Virus record (IMG/VR): IMGVR_UViG_3300031813_000041
Source of the DNA: a virus
Strand: one strand, 5' to 3'
DNA length: 47,457 bases
Shown: in pieces, positions 39,660-47,108 of the stretch
Layout: the number at the start of each line of letters is the position of its first letter
Numbering within the stretch: the first letter of the stretch is position 1
The notes under the pieces: model-generated
Told to the model about the DNA's origin: nothing
Seen by the model: only the letters and a program-made list of their open reading frames with translations
Databases searched by the model: none
Made by a program: the position numbers and the translations under genes

Positions 39660-41167
39660 TAGAAGCCCTCTGAGTCCCCTAGCGCCAACGATACTCCATA
39701 GCAGAAGGTATCGAGGCCGTCATCAGTCTTGTTGTCAAAACCGACTCTGAAATTGGTGATCTGGAATAAAAGCTGATTACGCTCTCTTCCCTTATAAACT
39801 ACGCGCTTATTGTATGCGTGTTCCGAAAACTTAACCATTCCTCTCGAAACGTAGGGGCTGACATTAATCGCTCTCTCAGACTTACCCAGCATCGTTAATG
39901 GAATAGCAATAGGAGTAACGGGAAGACCGTTTCTCTGACCCTGCTGAATGACAACAGCACCAGAAGCTCTGTCCTCAATAAAAACTCCCGCAGTGCCTAG
40001 TCTTGCTCCGCACTGTTTTGCAAGATCCTCACAATGCTCTACAACGCTAGGAAGCCATTCAGAAATAATCGCACCCTCAATTTGCACCATATCATAATCA
40101 AGGATAACGAGTGGTGTTCCGACAAACTTTGAATAGGCAAAATAAGTAACGAATGTAGAGTCGTGTTTAGCACCATCCTTTGTCGCGGTATCCATGACGG
40201 CAAATACAGAATCACAGTAATCCGGGTATTTAACCGGCAGACCGTCTACAAGAAGATTTTCGACATCAAACTGATTGGCATCATCCGGTCTGGGTCTTTG
40301 TTGATACAAAGAACACCAGTTCCTAGAGGTCTGCATTTTCTTCGTTTCAAGAAGCATCTCAAGCGTATAGTATTCAGGCCAGAGCGCCTCTCCCAGCTTT
40401 CTCCCAAGAACATCATCATCCTGCTCACAAATTGCAGGGAAGTTAATAATTTCCCACTCCTCGCCTCCGACACAGGTGACTTTTCCTGATTGTCCGTGGT
40501 AATCAGGCGGCAGAATTCTCCCTGCCAAGTCATCCGGGTGCCATCGTGTCTGAATGATAATAATGGCTCCATTCGGCTTCAAACGAGTCCTGAAATCAGC
40601 CAAGTACCATTCCCACACACGATCACGGACCAATTCAGATTCAGCGTCTTCTCGACTCCTGATAGGATCGTCGATCAATCCCACATCAGCTCTTCGTCCT
40701 GCAATACCGGCTCCGACACCTGCCGCTTTAAACTCTCCTCCTCTTTCAGTCTCCCAAGCAGCAACTGCTCTTGAGTCCTGTGCAATTCCGAAACCGTAGA
40801 GTTCGTGATATGCAGACGATTGGACAATTGCTCTAGCCTTCTTAGAGAATCTCTCCGCAAGGTCCTGAGTGTGGCTTGCGCCGATAATGCAGTTACGAGT
40901 ATTAACACCCAAGTAATAAGCTGGAAAATGAACAGAAGAATAAGTGCTTTTTGCATGACCTGGAGGCATGAAGATCATTAAACGACTCAGCTTTCCAGCT
41001 GCTACCCTTTCAAGCGCATCAATCATCACCTTGTGATGTCTCGCTGCATCAATGTCAGATACGCGCTTGCAGAACCTGACCATATCTTTCGGAGCCTGTT
41101 TCCGAAGCAGTAATTCTCTCAGGATCTCCTCTCGATCAATCCCTAAGTCACTTGCTAACGCCGCCAT
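39659..41167 (-). CDS. terL: Terminase large subunit
   Basis: 502 aa. Walker A-like MPPGHAKST, a Walker B-like GLIDDP segment and a C-terminal nuclease-type region. Sits between TerS and the portal gene. Confidence 0.85.
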   Translation of the reverse strand: MAALASDLGIDREEILRELLLRKQAPKDMVRFCKRVSDIDAARHHKVMIDALERVAAGKLSRLMIFMPPGHAKSTYSSVHFPAYYLGVNTRNCIIGASHTQDLAERFSKKARAIVQSSAYHELYGFGIAQDSRAVAAWETERGGEFKAAGVGAGIAGRRADVGLIDDPIRSREDAESELVRDRVWEWYLADFRTRLKPNGAIIIIQTRWHPDDLAGRILPPDYHGQSGKVTCVGGEEWEIINFPAICEQDDDVLGRKLGEALWPEYYTLEMLLETKKMQTSRNWCSLYQQRPRPDDANQFDVENLLVDGLPVKYPDYCDSVFAVMDTATKDGAKHDSTFVTYFAYSKFVGTPLVILDYDMVQIEGAIISEWLPSVVEHCEDLAKQCGARLGTAGVFIEDRASGAVVIQQGQRNGLPVTPIAIPLTMLGKSERAINVSPYVSRGMVKFSEHAYNKRVVYKGRERNQLLFQITNFRVGFDNKTDDGLDTFCYGVSLALGDSEGF

Positions 41168-41623
41168 TTATTCCTCCTCATTCTCCTGAAGCAACTGAAG
41201 CAATTCAGTCTCCGAGTAATCCCTAAGATCCTTCTTGCTCAACAACTCAGTCCTTATCGCCTCGGAATTAGCATCCAGAGCAATACGACCAACGTGCTGA
41301 ACATCCTTCAGCGTCCTGGCTAAAGAACCAATATCCATGACCGTCAAATCATCATTCATCTTCCCAGCAATCAAGTCTCTAAGGCGATTAGAAAGAGCAA
41401 CGTCCCTTCCATTAATAATCGCTAACTCAGCGACAACATCCATAGACTGCTGTGCCATCACCTTCTGATTAACATTCGCCTGAATCGCTTTTCTATGCTT
41501 GCCCAGATTGTTTCTGCGTACATATTCTGCTACTGTACTAGACGTAATTCGGTGACGGTCAGCAATATCACCAACACGCTCACCCGCTAAATACTCTTCT
41601 CGTATCTTAGTGAAATCAACCAC
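41168..41623 (-). CDS. terS: Terminase small subunit candidate (HTH)
   Basis: 151 aa. HTH-like VGDIADRHRITSSTVAEYVRRN. Directly upstream of terL. Confidence 0.55.
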   Translation of the reverse strand: MVDFTKIREEYLAGERVGDIADRHRITSSTVAEYVRRNNLGKHRKAIQANVNQKVMAQQSMDVVAELAIINGRDVALSNRLRDLIAGKMNDDLTVMDIGSLARTLKDVQHVGRIALDANSEAIRTELLSKKDLRDYSETELLQLLQENEEE

Positions 41624-41829
41624 TACGTCACCTTCGCATATCTAGAATCTTCATACCGATCCTGTCGGTCATTGTGTTTCCGCTGAAGATCAGTCTCGAA
41701 CTCCTCTCCACACCGACAACTCATATACAAATATCCTCTGTCATCAACAGGGAACATTCTCTCCCCACAGCGGGGACACTCTACTAACTCACTCACCGAA
41801 CACTCCGTTAATAGGTAATGGAAAGCCAT
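41623..41829 (-). CDS. Zinc-ribbon protein, first gene of the late operon
   Basis: 68 aa with CPRCG...CRCG. Confidence 0.5.
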   Translation of the reverse strand: MAFHYLLTECSVSELVECPRCGERMFPVDDRGYLYMSCRCGEEFETDLQRKHNDRQDRYEDSRYAKVT

Positions 41830-41876
41830 ATAACCTACCTAACCAATTTTTGTCAAAATTTTTGGAAAGGAAAAAG

Positions 41877-41923
41877 GGGAAGTGAAATCATGGGGAAAGT
41901 GAATGATAAGGAAAATGTGAAAT
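41877..41923. promoter_or_regulatory. Three direct repeats (GGGGAAGTGAAAT / GGGGAAAGTGAAT / AAGGAAAATGTGAAAT) upstream of the late operon
   Basis: Read directly at 41877..41889, 41892..41904 and 41908..41923, followed by a T10 run. A TTGACA (minus strand, 41851..41856) lies between them and the first late gene. Confidence 0.5.
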
Positions 41924-42039
41924 ATTTTTTTTTGGTAAACCGCATCGATCCATCACACACACGCCCATTCGACCCTCCCCATACCGCCCGCACCATTGCC
42001 GGGCATCCACCACTACCAGGGGCGGGTCTGGCGTGCGTT

Positions 42040-42065
42040 GGGAGTGTTGGGAAAGGGGGGTAGGG
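42040..42065 (+). other. G-quadruplex-type motif in a G-rich tract
   Basis: GGG agtgtt GGG aaa GGGGGG ta GGG. Directly preceded by a C-rich tract (41941..42020). Confidence 0.4.
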
Positions 42066-42264
42066 TGGTTGGTGTTGGTTAGTTTGGGTTTACCCTCTTC
42101 AGGGGCCGGTGATGGATCGGAATGTGGGATTAGGGGCAAGGATACATTAGGGATGATTGGGTTCTGTCTACGCACCTACATGGATTGGTGACATTGGGTG
42201 TTTGTGTCCTTGTTTACCTCTGTCTATGTGTCTATGTGCTTATAGGAGGGTTACGAATAGAGGT

Positions 42265-42342
42265 ATGACGGGCAATGGCACGGCAAGGATGACATGAACC
42301 CATAGGACAAGGATAGACGCCACTAGAGTCATGACGGGCAAT
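42265..42342. repeat. Direct repeat pair AGAGnnATGACGGGCAATsGC, 66 bp apart
   Basis: ATGACGGGCAAT at 42265..42276 and 42331..42342. CAAGGAT(A/G) also occurs three times nearby. Confidence 0.6.
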
Positions 42343-42462
42343 CGCTCAACACCTTCATCGCTAGCTCAATTCCCTGATCCTAGCTACAGGGACCATCCAT
42401 AAGACATCCCCACAAAATCTAGGCGCTTGCATCAAATATCGTGATGGATTTTCTTACTTTAC

Positions 42463-42488
42463 CCTATCGTTTACAGCGTAAAGATAGG
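42463..42488. promoter_or_regulatory. Imperfect palindrome overlapping a TTTACA -35-like hexamer (operator/promoter candidate for the 42.6-45.0 kb operon)
   Basis: CCTATCGTTTAC agc GTAAAGATAGG. TTTACA, about 18 nt, then TATACC downstream. Confidence 0.3.
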
Positions 42489-42593
42489 TAGACTATACCC
42501 ATGCCCAGGAACAAAGGGGCAACATTAGGGGATATAGCAAGATGAGCAACCCGAAGTGATCGAATTATTTGAAATTCTCCAATAGGTGAAGCC

Positions 42594-42713
42594 ATGAAGG
42601 ACTACGCACAAAAAGACTACCGCAACCATACGCCAACTGAACACAAGATCATCTATGTGATCATTTTTGCTTGGTCAATTGGCGAATCATTGATAGAACA
42701 ATTGATTGGCTAG
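42594..42713 (+). CDS. Small membrane peptide candidate (39 aa)
   Basis: Hand translation MKDYAQKDYRNHTPTEHKIIYVIIFAWSIGESLIEQLIG; AGGTGA RBS. Confidence 0.3.
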   Translation: MKDYAQKDYRNHTPTEHKIIYVIIFAWSIGESLIEQLIG

Positions 42714-42795
42714 AAATAAAAAATAAAAAGCTCAGGGCATGGTGCCCATAGCTAACTAACCATCGCCAAGGACGGCGCATTAAGAGGAACTAACA

Positions 42796-42936
42796 ATGCA
42801 AGCTAATCTTTCGTCTATTTACGAAGCTGTAGCGGGTATAGCTAATGAGATCACTGGCGATTCTGAGTTAGACAAACTTACTGACGCGGAATTGCTACAG
42901 ATTACCCGCAAGATAGCACCATCTATCATTGATTAA
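42796..42936 (+). CDS. Small acidic protein candidate (46 aa)
   Basis: Hand translation MQANLSSIYEAVAGIANEITGDSELDKLTDAELLQITRKIAPSIID; AAGAGGA RBS. Confidence 0.45.
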   Translation: MQANLSSIYEAVAGIANEITGDSELDKLTDAELLQITRKIAPSIID

Positions 42937-42965
42937 TAAAAACGAATACTTGAGAGGATCGAACA

Positions 42966-43295
42966 ATGAAAAAAACAATTGATTTCCTAGATTTTAAAGA
43001 AGCATTTTCTGCATATGACAGAGCGGAGCAATTTAGCCGTGATGGATTGCAAGCTTTATGGGATGGCTTGCAAGAATATGAAGCCTGTACAGGATATGAA
43101 ATCGAATTAGATGTTGTTGCTTTGTGCTGTGAATATACAGAAGCTTCATGGGAAGAAATAGCAAGCTACTACAGTATTGATATAAGCGATTGTGAAGATG
43201 ATGAAGAAATCAGAGATACGGCGGTTGATTATTTAAGCAACCATTCGTGGATAGCGGGTTTTGTCGATGGTGGTTGTGTTTATCAGGCGTTTTAA
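42966..43295 (+). CDS. Strongly acidic early protein
   Basis: 109 aa. Many D/E (for example SDCEDDEEIRD) and few basic residues. GAGAGGA RBS. Confidence 0.6.
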   Translation: MKKTIDFLDFKEAFSAYDRAEQFSRDGLQALWDGLQEYEACTGYEIELDVVALCCEYTEASWEEIASYYSIDISDCEDDEEIRDTAVDYLSNHSWIAGFVDGGCVYQAF

Positions 43296-43307
43296 GAGGA
43301 TATGACA

Positions 43308-43856
43308 ATGGAATTTACTATTCAAACCGAAGCATTAAAAGCAATCAATCTATTCACCGAAAAAAAGGATGTTAGACATTATTTGAAGGGAGTCAACTTC
43401 ACTTCCATTTCAGGCGACAAAACCCGCTTAACAGCTTCCGACTGGTACACGATGGCAACCCATACCGGAGCAGCGCATAATGATGAAGCTGAAATCATCA
43501 TTCCATCAGAGACTGTAGAGTTAGCGTTAAAAATAGCCGGTAAAAAGCCTAGCGTTAAAATCCAATTGATTGACGGCTCTTGGACATTAGAGAGCATCCC
43601 TTTTACGCCTATTGATGGGCGCTATCCCGATTGTCAACGATTGTGGCTTGTGGGCGAACCCGATAACGCGCCATGCGTATTAAATCCCGAAGTGTATAGC
43701 GTGATGATAAAAGCTCAAAAGGCTTGCGGATTAAAGCCATATTCTTTTCAGGCTTGGAGCCATAACGGAAGCCTGTTTTTTGATAACGGGATTATTCGCG
43801 GGATTGTTATGGGCTTGCGTGATACGTTAAGAACATCGGCTGTTCCTAAGTTTTGA
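43308..43856 (+). CDS. Sliding-clamp (DnaN beta) -like protein, about half the bacterial length
   Basis: PIDGRYPDCQRLW resembles the DnaN EGKFPDYRRVLP segment (from memory). N-terminus EALKAINLFTEKKDVRHYLKGVNF is like clamp domain starts. ATG 43308 preferred (AAGAGGA plus 7 nt). Confidence 0.4.
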   Translation: MEFTIQTEALKAINLFTEKKDVRHYLKGVNFTSISGDKTRLTASDWYTMATHTGAAHNDEAEIIIPSETVELALKIAGKKPSVKIQLIDGSWTLESIPFTPIDGRYPDCQRLWLVGEPDNAPCVLNPEVYSVMIKAQKACGLKPYSFQAWSHNGSLFFDNGIIRGIVMGLRDTLRTSAVPKF

Positions 43857-44050
43857 GGCATAACATGGATGGCCTAGACGCACCTAACACACGACCAGGC
43901 TATTGTCCTATCTGCTCCCAACTTGCGAATATCTGGAACGTGACTAAAAACGTCTGGGAATGTAGTTATTGCAATTGGGATGGCTCAATGCCAGACAAGG
44001 AACCAAAGTTAAAGACAATTTATGGCGCTGATAGTAACGCCATATTATGA
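43853..44050 (+). CDS. Zinc-ribbon protein
   Basis: 65 aa with CPICS...CSYC. Confidence 0.5.
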   Translation: MRHNMDGLDAPNTRPGYCPICSQLANIWNVTKNVWECSYCNWDGSMPDKEPKLKTIYGADSNAIL

Positions 44051-44075
44051 ATCTCTCTCTAGTGCCATGCACATT

Positions 44076-44101
44076 GCCCCGTTAATTCGGGGCTTTTTTT
44101 T
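44076..44101 (+). terminator. Rho-independent terminator
   Basis: GCCCCG ttaatt CGGGGC followed by T8. Confidence 0.8.
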
Positions 44102-44158
44102 GGAGTTGGACACCATAAAAAGATACCCATAAAATACCTATTGTTATCAAATAAGATA

Positions 44159-44168
44159 ATAACGTTAT
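44159..44168. promoter_or_regulatory. Perfect 10-bp palindrome ATAACGTTAT flanked by GTTATCA repeats (operator candidate upstream of the repL-like gene)
   Basis: Read directly. GTTATCA is found at 44143 and 44164. Confidence 0.3.
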
Positions 44169-44251
44169 CAGATATGGTAATTTGAGTCTCGCAAACTCTT
44201 GATTCCAAAGGGGATTTTTGTACCCCTTCATTAACCATATATAGGTATTCT

Positions 44252-44671
44252 ATGGGTAAAAAACTACTGGTAACAGTTGATACCGATACCGGTGAACAAC
44301 TGACAGGAATATTAGCATATTGTCCAAGCAAGAAAATATGACCATTTTCAAAAGGGGGTTTTGTGAATTGCAGTCAACTTGCAAGCAAGCAATTAGCCAA
44401 TAAGCATAACAACTTGGATAGGCTTTCTTTGTTGCTTGTCTTTTATGTGATCGGTAATTCTGATTACAAGGGTAAGGTATACCTTGAACCCAAAAGGCTA
44501 TCTAAGCATTTTGATGTGACGCGCCAACAGATAAGTAGGTCTATTCGTATGCTTTTGGATTTCGGGATTATCATCCCATCTGATAGGCGATTGGAATATG
44601 ACATTAATCCAGAGTATTTCTGGAAAGGTTCGGGAAAATCTCACGCCACGGCTTTGCGATTGGTGCAGTAA
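44252..44671 (+). CDS. RepL-like winged-helix replication initiator reading frame, interrupted by an in-frame TGA at 44339..44341
   Basis: ATG 44252 and GTG 44363 are in the same frame. MGKKLLVTVDTDTGEQL...KKI-TGA-PFSKGGFV...FDVTRQQISRSIRMLLDFGII...YDINPEYFWKGSG follows the remembered RepL family layout across the stop. Confidence 0.45.
44363..44671 (+). CDS. Minimal ORF of the RepL-like wHTH protein (GTG start after the in-frame TGA)
   Basis: 102 aa. AAAGGGGG RBS 5 nt before the GTG. wHTH FDVTRQQISRSIRMLLDFGII. Confidence 0.6.
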   Translation: MNCSQLASKQLANKHNNLDRLSLLLVFYVIGNSDYKGKVYLEPKRLSKHFDVTRQQISRSIRMLLDFGIIIPSDRRLEYDINPEYFWKGSGKSHATALRLVQ

Positions 44672-45039
44672 TGGATACACCAAAGAAAAGGGCATCGTGG
44701 GCAAACTACGATATCCGTAAGAAATTCGGTAGACGCTCAAAAACCAAGACCGCCAAAAGAAAAAGGCGAGAGCAAATCCACTCACGGAAAAAGGCGCTTA
44801 ACGCGGAGCTTGCAGCACTAATCCGCGCCTATAGGCCACCCAAGCAACAAAAAGTGATTCTCAATCTTAGGCTAACCCCTGAAACCATTTCGCTGATAAA
44901 GCCAATCAGGGGGAGGAGCAAATGGATTGAAGCGTTGATCCTTCGGGAAGTGGAGCGGATACACGCTAAACACGGCAAACCCTTGTTTTCACTACCAGAG
45001 ACATGGGATGAGGCGGAAAGGCTACTAGAAAAGCTTTAG
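44671..45039 (+). CDS. Highly basic protein
   Basis: 122 aa. N-terminal K/R-rich tract KKFGRRSKTKTAKRKRREQIHSRKK. TAATG overlap with the repL-like stop. Confidence 0.5.
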   Translation: MDTPKKRASWANYDIRKKFGRRSKTKTAKRKRREQIHSRKKALNAELAALIRAYRPPKQQKVILNLRLTPETISLIKPIRGRSKWIEALILREVERIHAKHGKPLFSLPETWDEAERLLEKL

Positions 45040-45131
45040 AGGCACAAACTCATGCGAGAGATACCAATATGCGGGAAATCTAATCGACGCTTATACGGCC
45101 TTACAGGGCCTTAAAGCGATACATAAGGAAA

Positions 45132-45150
45132 ACCCCCAAAAATTGGGGGT
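45132..45150 (-). terminator. Hairpin terminator candidate for the leftward mazG operon
   Basis: ACCCCCAA aaa TTGGGGGT. On the minus strand the stem is followed by TTTCC. Confidence 0.45.
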
Positions 45151-45165
45151 ATCCATCAGGTCGGC

Positions 45166-45222
45166 TGATATAGCAAACGCCATTGTTATATAGCATCCGC
45201 TCTTGTTATATAGCAAACCGCC
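45166..45222. repeat. Three iterons with exact 20-bp phasing (core ATATAGCA; two copies share TTGTTATATAGCA)
   Basis: Cores at 45168..45175, 45188..45195 and 45208..45215, read directly. Confidence 0.7.
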
Positions 45223-45240
45223 AACTTTTTCGGTGAAAAT

Positions 45241-45582
45241 CTACTCAGATTTATCAGCCCTGGCGAGAGCATCTGCGTCAGAATACTTCTCTGGGTAGCG
45301 CTTTTTCAGCTTATTGATGTTGGCTTGCATGACATCACCCAAGTCCAGGTTAAGGACATCACAGGCTAGATTGATAAACCACATAAGATCACCGAGTTCT
45401 TCCTTGAGATTCTCCTTATCGAGTGGCTTGCCGTAGATCAGGTGCTCCTTTACGGATGTGGTGAACTCACCTGCTTCTGAAGCGACTCCCAGTGCTGAGT
45501 GCATCAGGTCATAAGAGAAGTCTACCCTCTTAGCCGTAGCCCCTGCCCCCCTATTAAATTCATCAGTAGTCATATTGGACAT
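45241..45582 (-). CDS. mazG: MazG-like nucleoside triphosphate pyrophosphohydrolase
   Basis: 113 aa. EAGEF...EELGDLMWF...NI.KL..RYP matches the MazG EExxE/D helices. Confidence 0.8.
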   Translation of the reverse strand: MSNMTTDEFNRGAGATAKRVDFSYDLMHSALGVASEAGEFTTSVKEHLIYGKPLDKENLKEELGDLMWFINLACDVLNLDLGDVMQANINKLKKRYPEKYSDADALARADKSE

Positions 45583-45606
45583 TTAGACCCCCCCCCTTAT
45601 TTGATG

Positions 45607-45855
45607 TTAGTCATTGTTACTAGAAAAACCTGATCCCCCCGCCTCGATCTCTATGAGTTTGTCGAGATAGTGACGGGCCTTACGGAGATCCTCAAGGGTA
45701 TCCCCTTTCTTACCTGCTCTGGCAGCGTATTTGATGCAATTGCCTAATAGAAATCCTTTGAAAGCATCTGGAGACATCCACGCTTGCATGGCATCCCAAG
45801 GTTGAATCTTGAGGTCAACGTAGTGTTTGCCTCCAATTTGGTATGAGTTATTCAT
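45607..45855 (-). CDS. DUF3310-family protein
   Basis: IGGKHY...IQPWD...GNCIKYAARAGKK...DLRKARHYLDKLI fits the remembered DUF3310 pattern. Confidence 0.65.
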   Translation of the reverse strand: MNNSYQIGGKHYVDLKIQPWDAMQAWMSPDAFKGFLLGNCIKYAARAGKKGDTLEDLRKARHYLDKLIEIEAGGSGFSSNND

Positions 45856-46067
45856 CGGTTGTAATAGATCTTTTTGAGTCTTTCTTTCTGCTCATGCGTG
45901 AAACTCGGCAGCGGTGCCCAGGCCACGAACTGTCCACCCTCATAGTATTGACCTATGACGGCCCCAGTATGAATGCCCTTCAATATGACCTTGGCTCCCT
46001 TTGGTGGAGGCTCATCTACAATGAGTCGATATTGTGGGCGAAGTTCTGATACGTATCTCTCAACCAT
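45852..46067 (-). CDS. Hypothetical protein
   Basis: 71-aa ORF. Its start overlaps the upstream gene by about 50 nt, so the true start is uncertain. Confidence 0.45.
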   Translation of the reverse strand: MVERYVSELRPQYRLIVDEPPPKGAKVILKGIHTGAVIGQYYEGGQFVAWAPLPSFTHEQKERLKKIYYNR

Positions 46068-46342
46068 TTGTCTAGTTTCTCGATGTCTTGAATTGTTTCA
46101 ATGACGCAAGCTGCTCCGCGCCAGGAGGAGTGGAAATCGGCTTCATCATCGGTGAGCTTTCGTTTACTGGGGGGCTTAGATCCGTCTTTGATTTCAATGA
46201 GAATCGTATGCCTATACTTGCCAACAACAATGTCAGGAAAACCGCCACCAACATTAGAAGTGATAGCCACAGAATAACCGCATCCACGAAAGTACTTAAC
46301 GATCTCAGTTTGATTTGCATCTACTCTCCCTCTTTGCCTCAT
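46016..46342 (-). CDS. PD-(D/E)XK nuclease (VRR-NUC/resolvase-like)
   Basis: GRVDANQTEIVKYFRGCGYSV...GFPDIVVG...ILIEIKDG fits the D...(D/E)xK core. ATG 46342 abuts the upstream stop. Confidence 0.55.
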   Translation of the reverse strand: MRQRGRVDANQTEIVKYFRGCGYSVAITSNVGGGFPDIVVGKYRHTILIEIKDGSKPPSKRKLTDDEADFHSSWRGAACVIETIQDIEKLDKWLRDTYQNFAHNIDSL

Positions 46343-47108
46343 ACACCACACATTCCTTCACATTCATTGCCAAACATATCTGTCTGGTTCTCAATGATGT
46401 TGAAGTTTACTTGGTCCAATGGCTTACAGGATCTGTGCATGAATTGTTGATCGTTCATCTTGGACGTTCTGTTTCTAATCAATCTGTCAATTTCTATGGT
46501 TTGTTGCCATTCTTCTGGATCTTGATTTTTGATCTCTACCCATTGCTTATCAGAATGAAACGGGCAGCCCAGACAAGATGATTTTGGAGGCTGCGGCGCA
46601 TTGTTTTTACCAAACCATTCCATACAATGACCCCGCGACATTCCTAGTTCAATTAAAGGCCAACGATGCTCAATCCAAGCAACTCTGCTGGGCTTCATCC
46701 TAATGGCCTCATCGGTAGATATTCCGATCCACATCATTACAGATCCGGCAGGTATGCGTTTGTATTTAGCATAGCCAAGCAACTCTCTTACTTTCTTTTG
46801 AACTGGTAGGATTTTGTACTGAGCAGTGCATTGTCTTCGACCCATGCCCCCCCTGATGTAAAGAATGGTACGTAAGCAAACCTACCTGTTCCCTTAATTG
46901 CTTCCAATAAACCATCATCTTTCATCACTCGGTACACAGGAAACGGGAGTTGCTTTTCTAGCCAGTCCAGATAGTCATGTACTTTCTTTGGCTCCCATTT
47001 AGTATCAGCAAATATAGCCGCATCTGGCATAGGGCCAATCTCTCCTCTTGCAGCCATCATTGCCAATGTTGATGACTGTACTCCCGCTCCCAGAGATAAA
47101 ATGTTCAT
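46339..47108 (-). pseudogene. PAPS-reductase-family (adenine nucleotide alpha-hydrolase) gene split by a frameshift at a G7 run
   Basis: N-part 47108..46788 (LSLGAGVQSSTLAMMAA PP-loop-like) and C-part 46845..46339 (RRQCTAQYKILP..., CLGCPF, ECEGMCG) are in frames offset by one. They meet at the C7/G7 run 46847..46853. Confidence 0.65.

Noticed and set aside
41830-41860. TTGACA (minus strand, 41856..41851), 17 nt, then TTATAT as the late promoter.
   Set aside because: The -10 candidate would overlap the ATG at 41829, so the transcript would start inside the first late gene. I kept it only as context for the upstream repeats, not as a called promoter.
41818-42175. ORFs 41818..42063 (plus) and 41888..42175 (minus) in the control region.
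   Set aside because: Their translations are P/H/G-rich products of the C-rich and G-rich tracts. They overlap each other and the repeat elements, and neither has an RBS.
44059-44331. A 90-aa minus-strand ORF across the 44.1-kb intergenic region.
   Set aside because: It runs through the plus-strand terminator and the operator-like palindromes, opposes the flanking transcription, and has no RBS.
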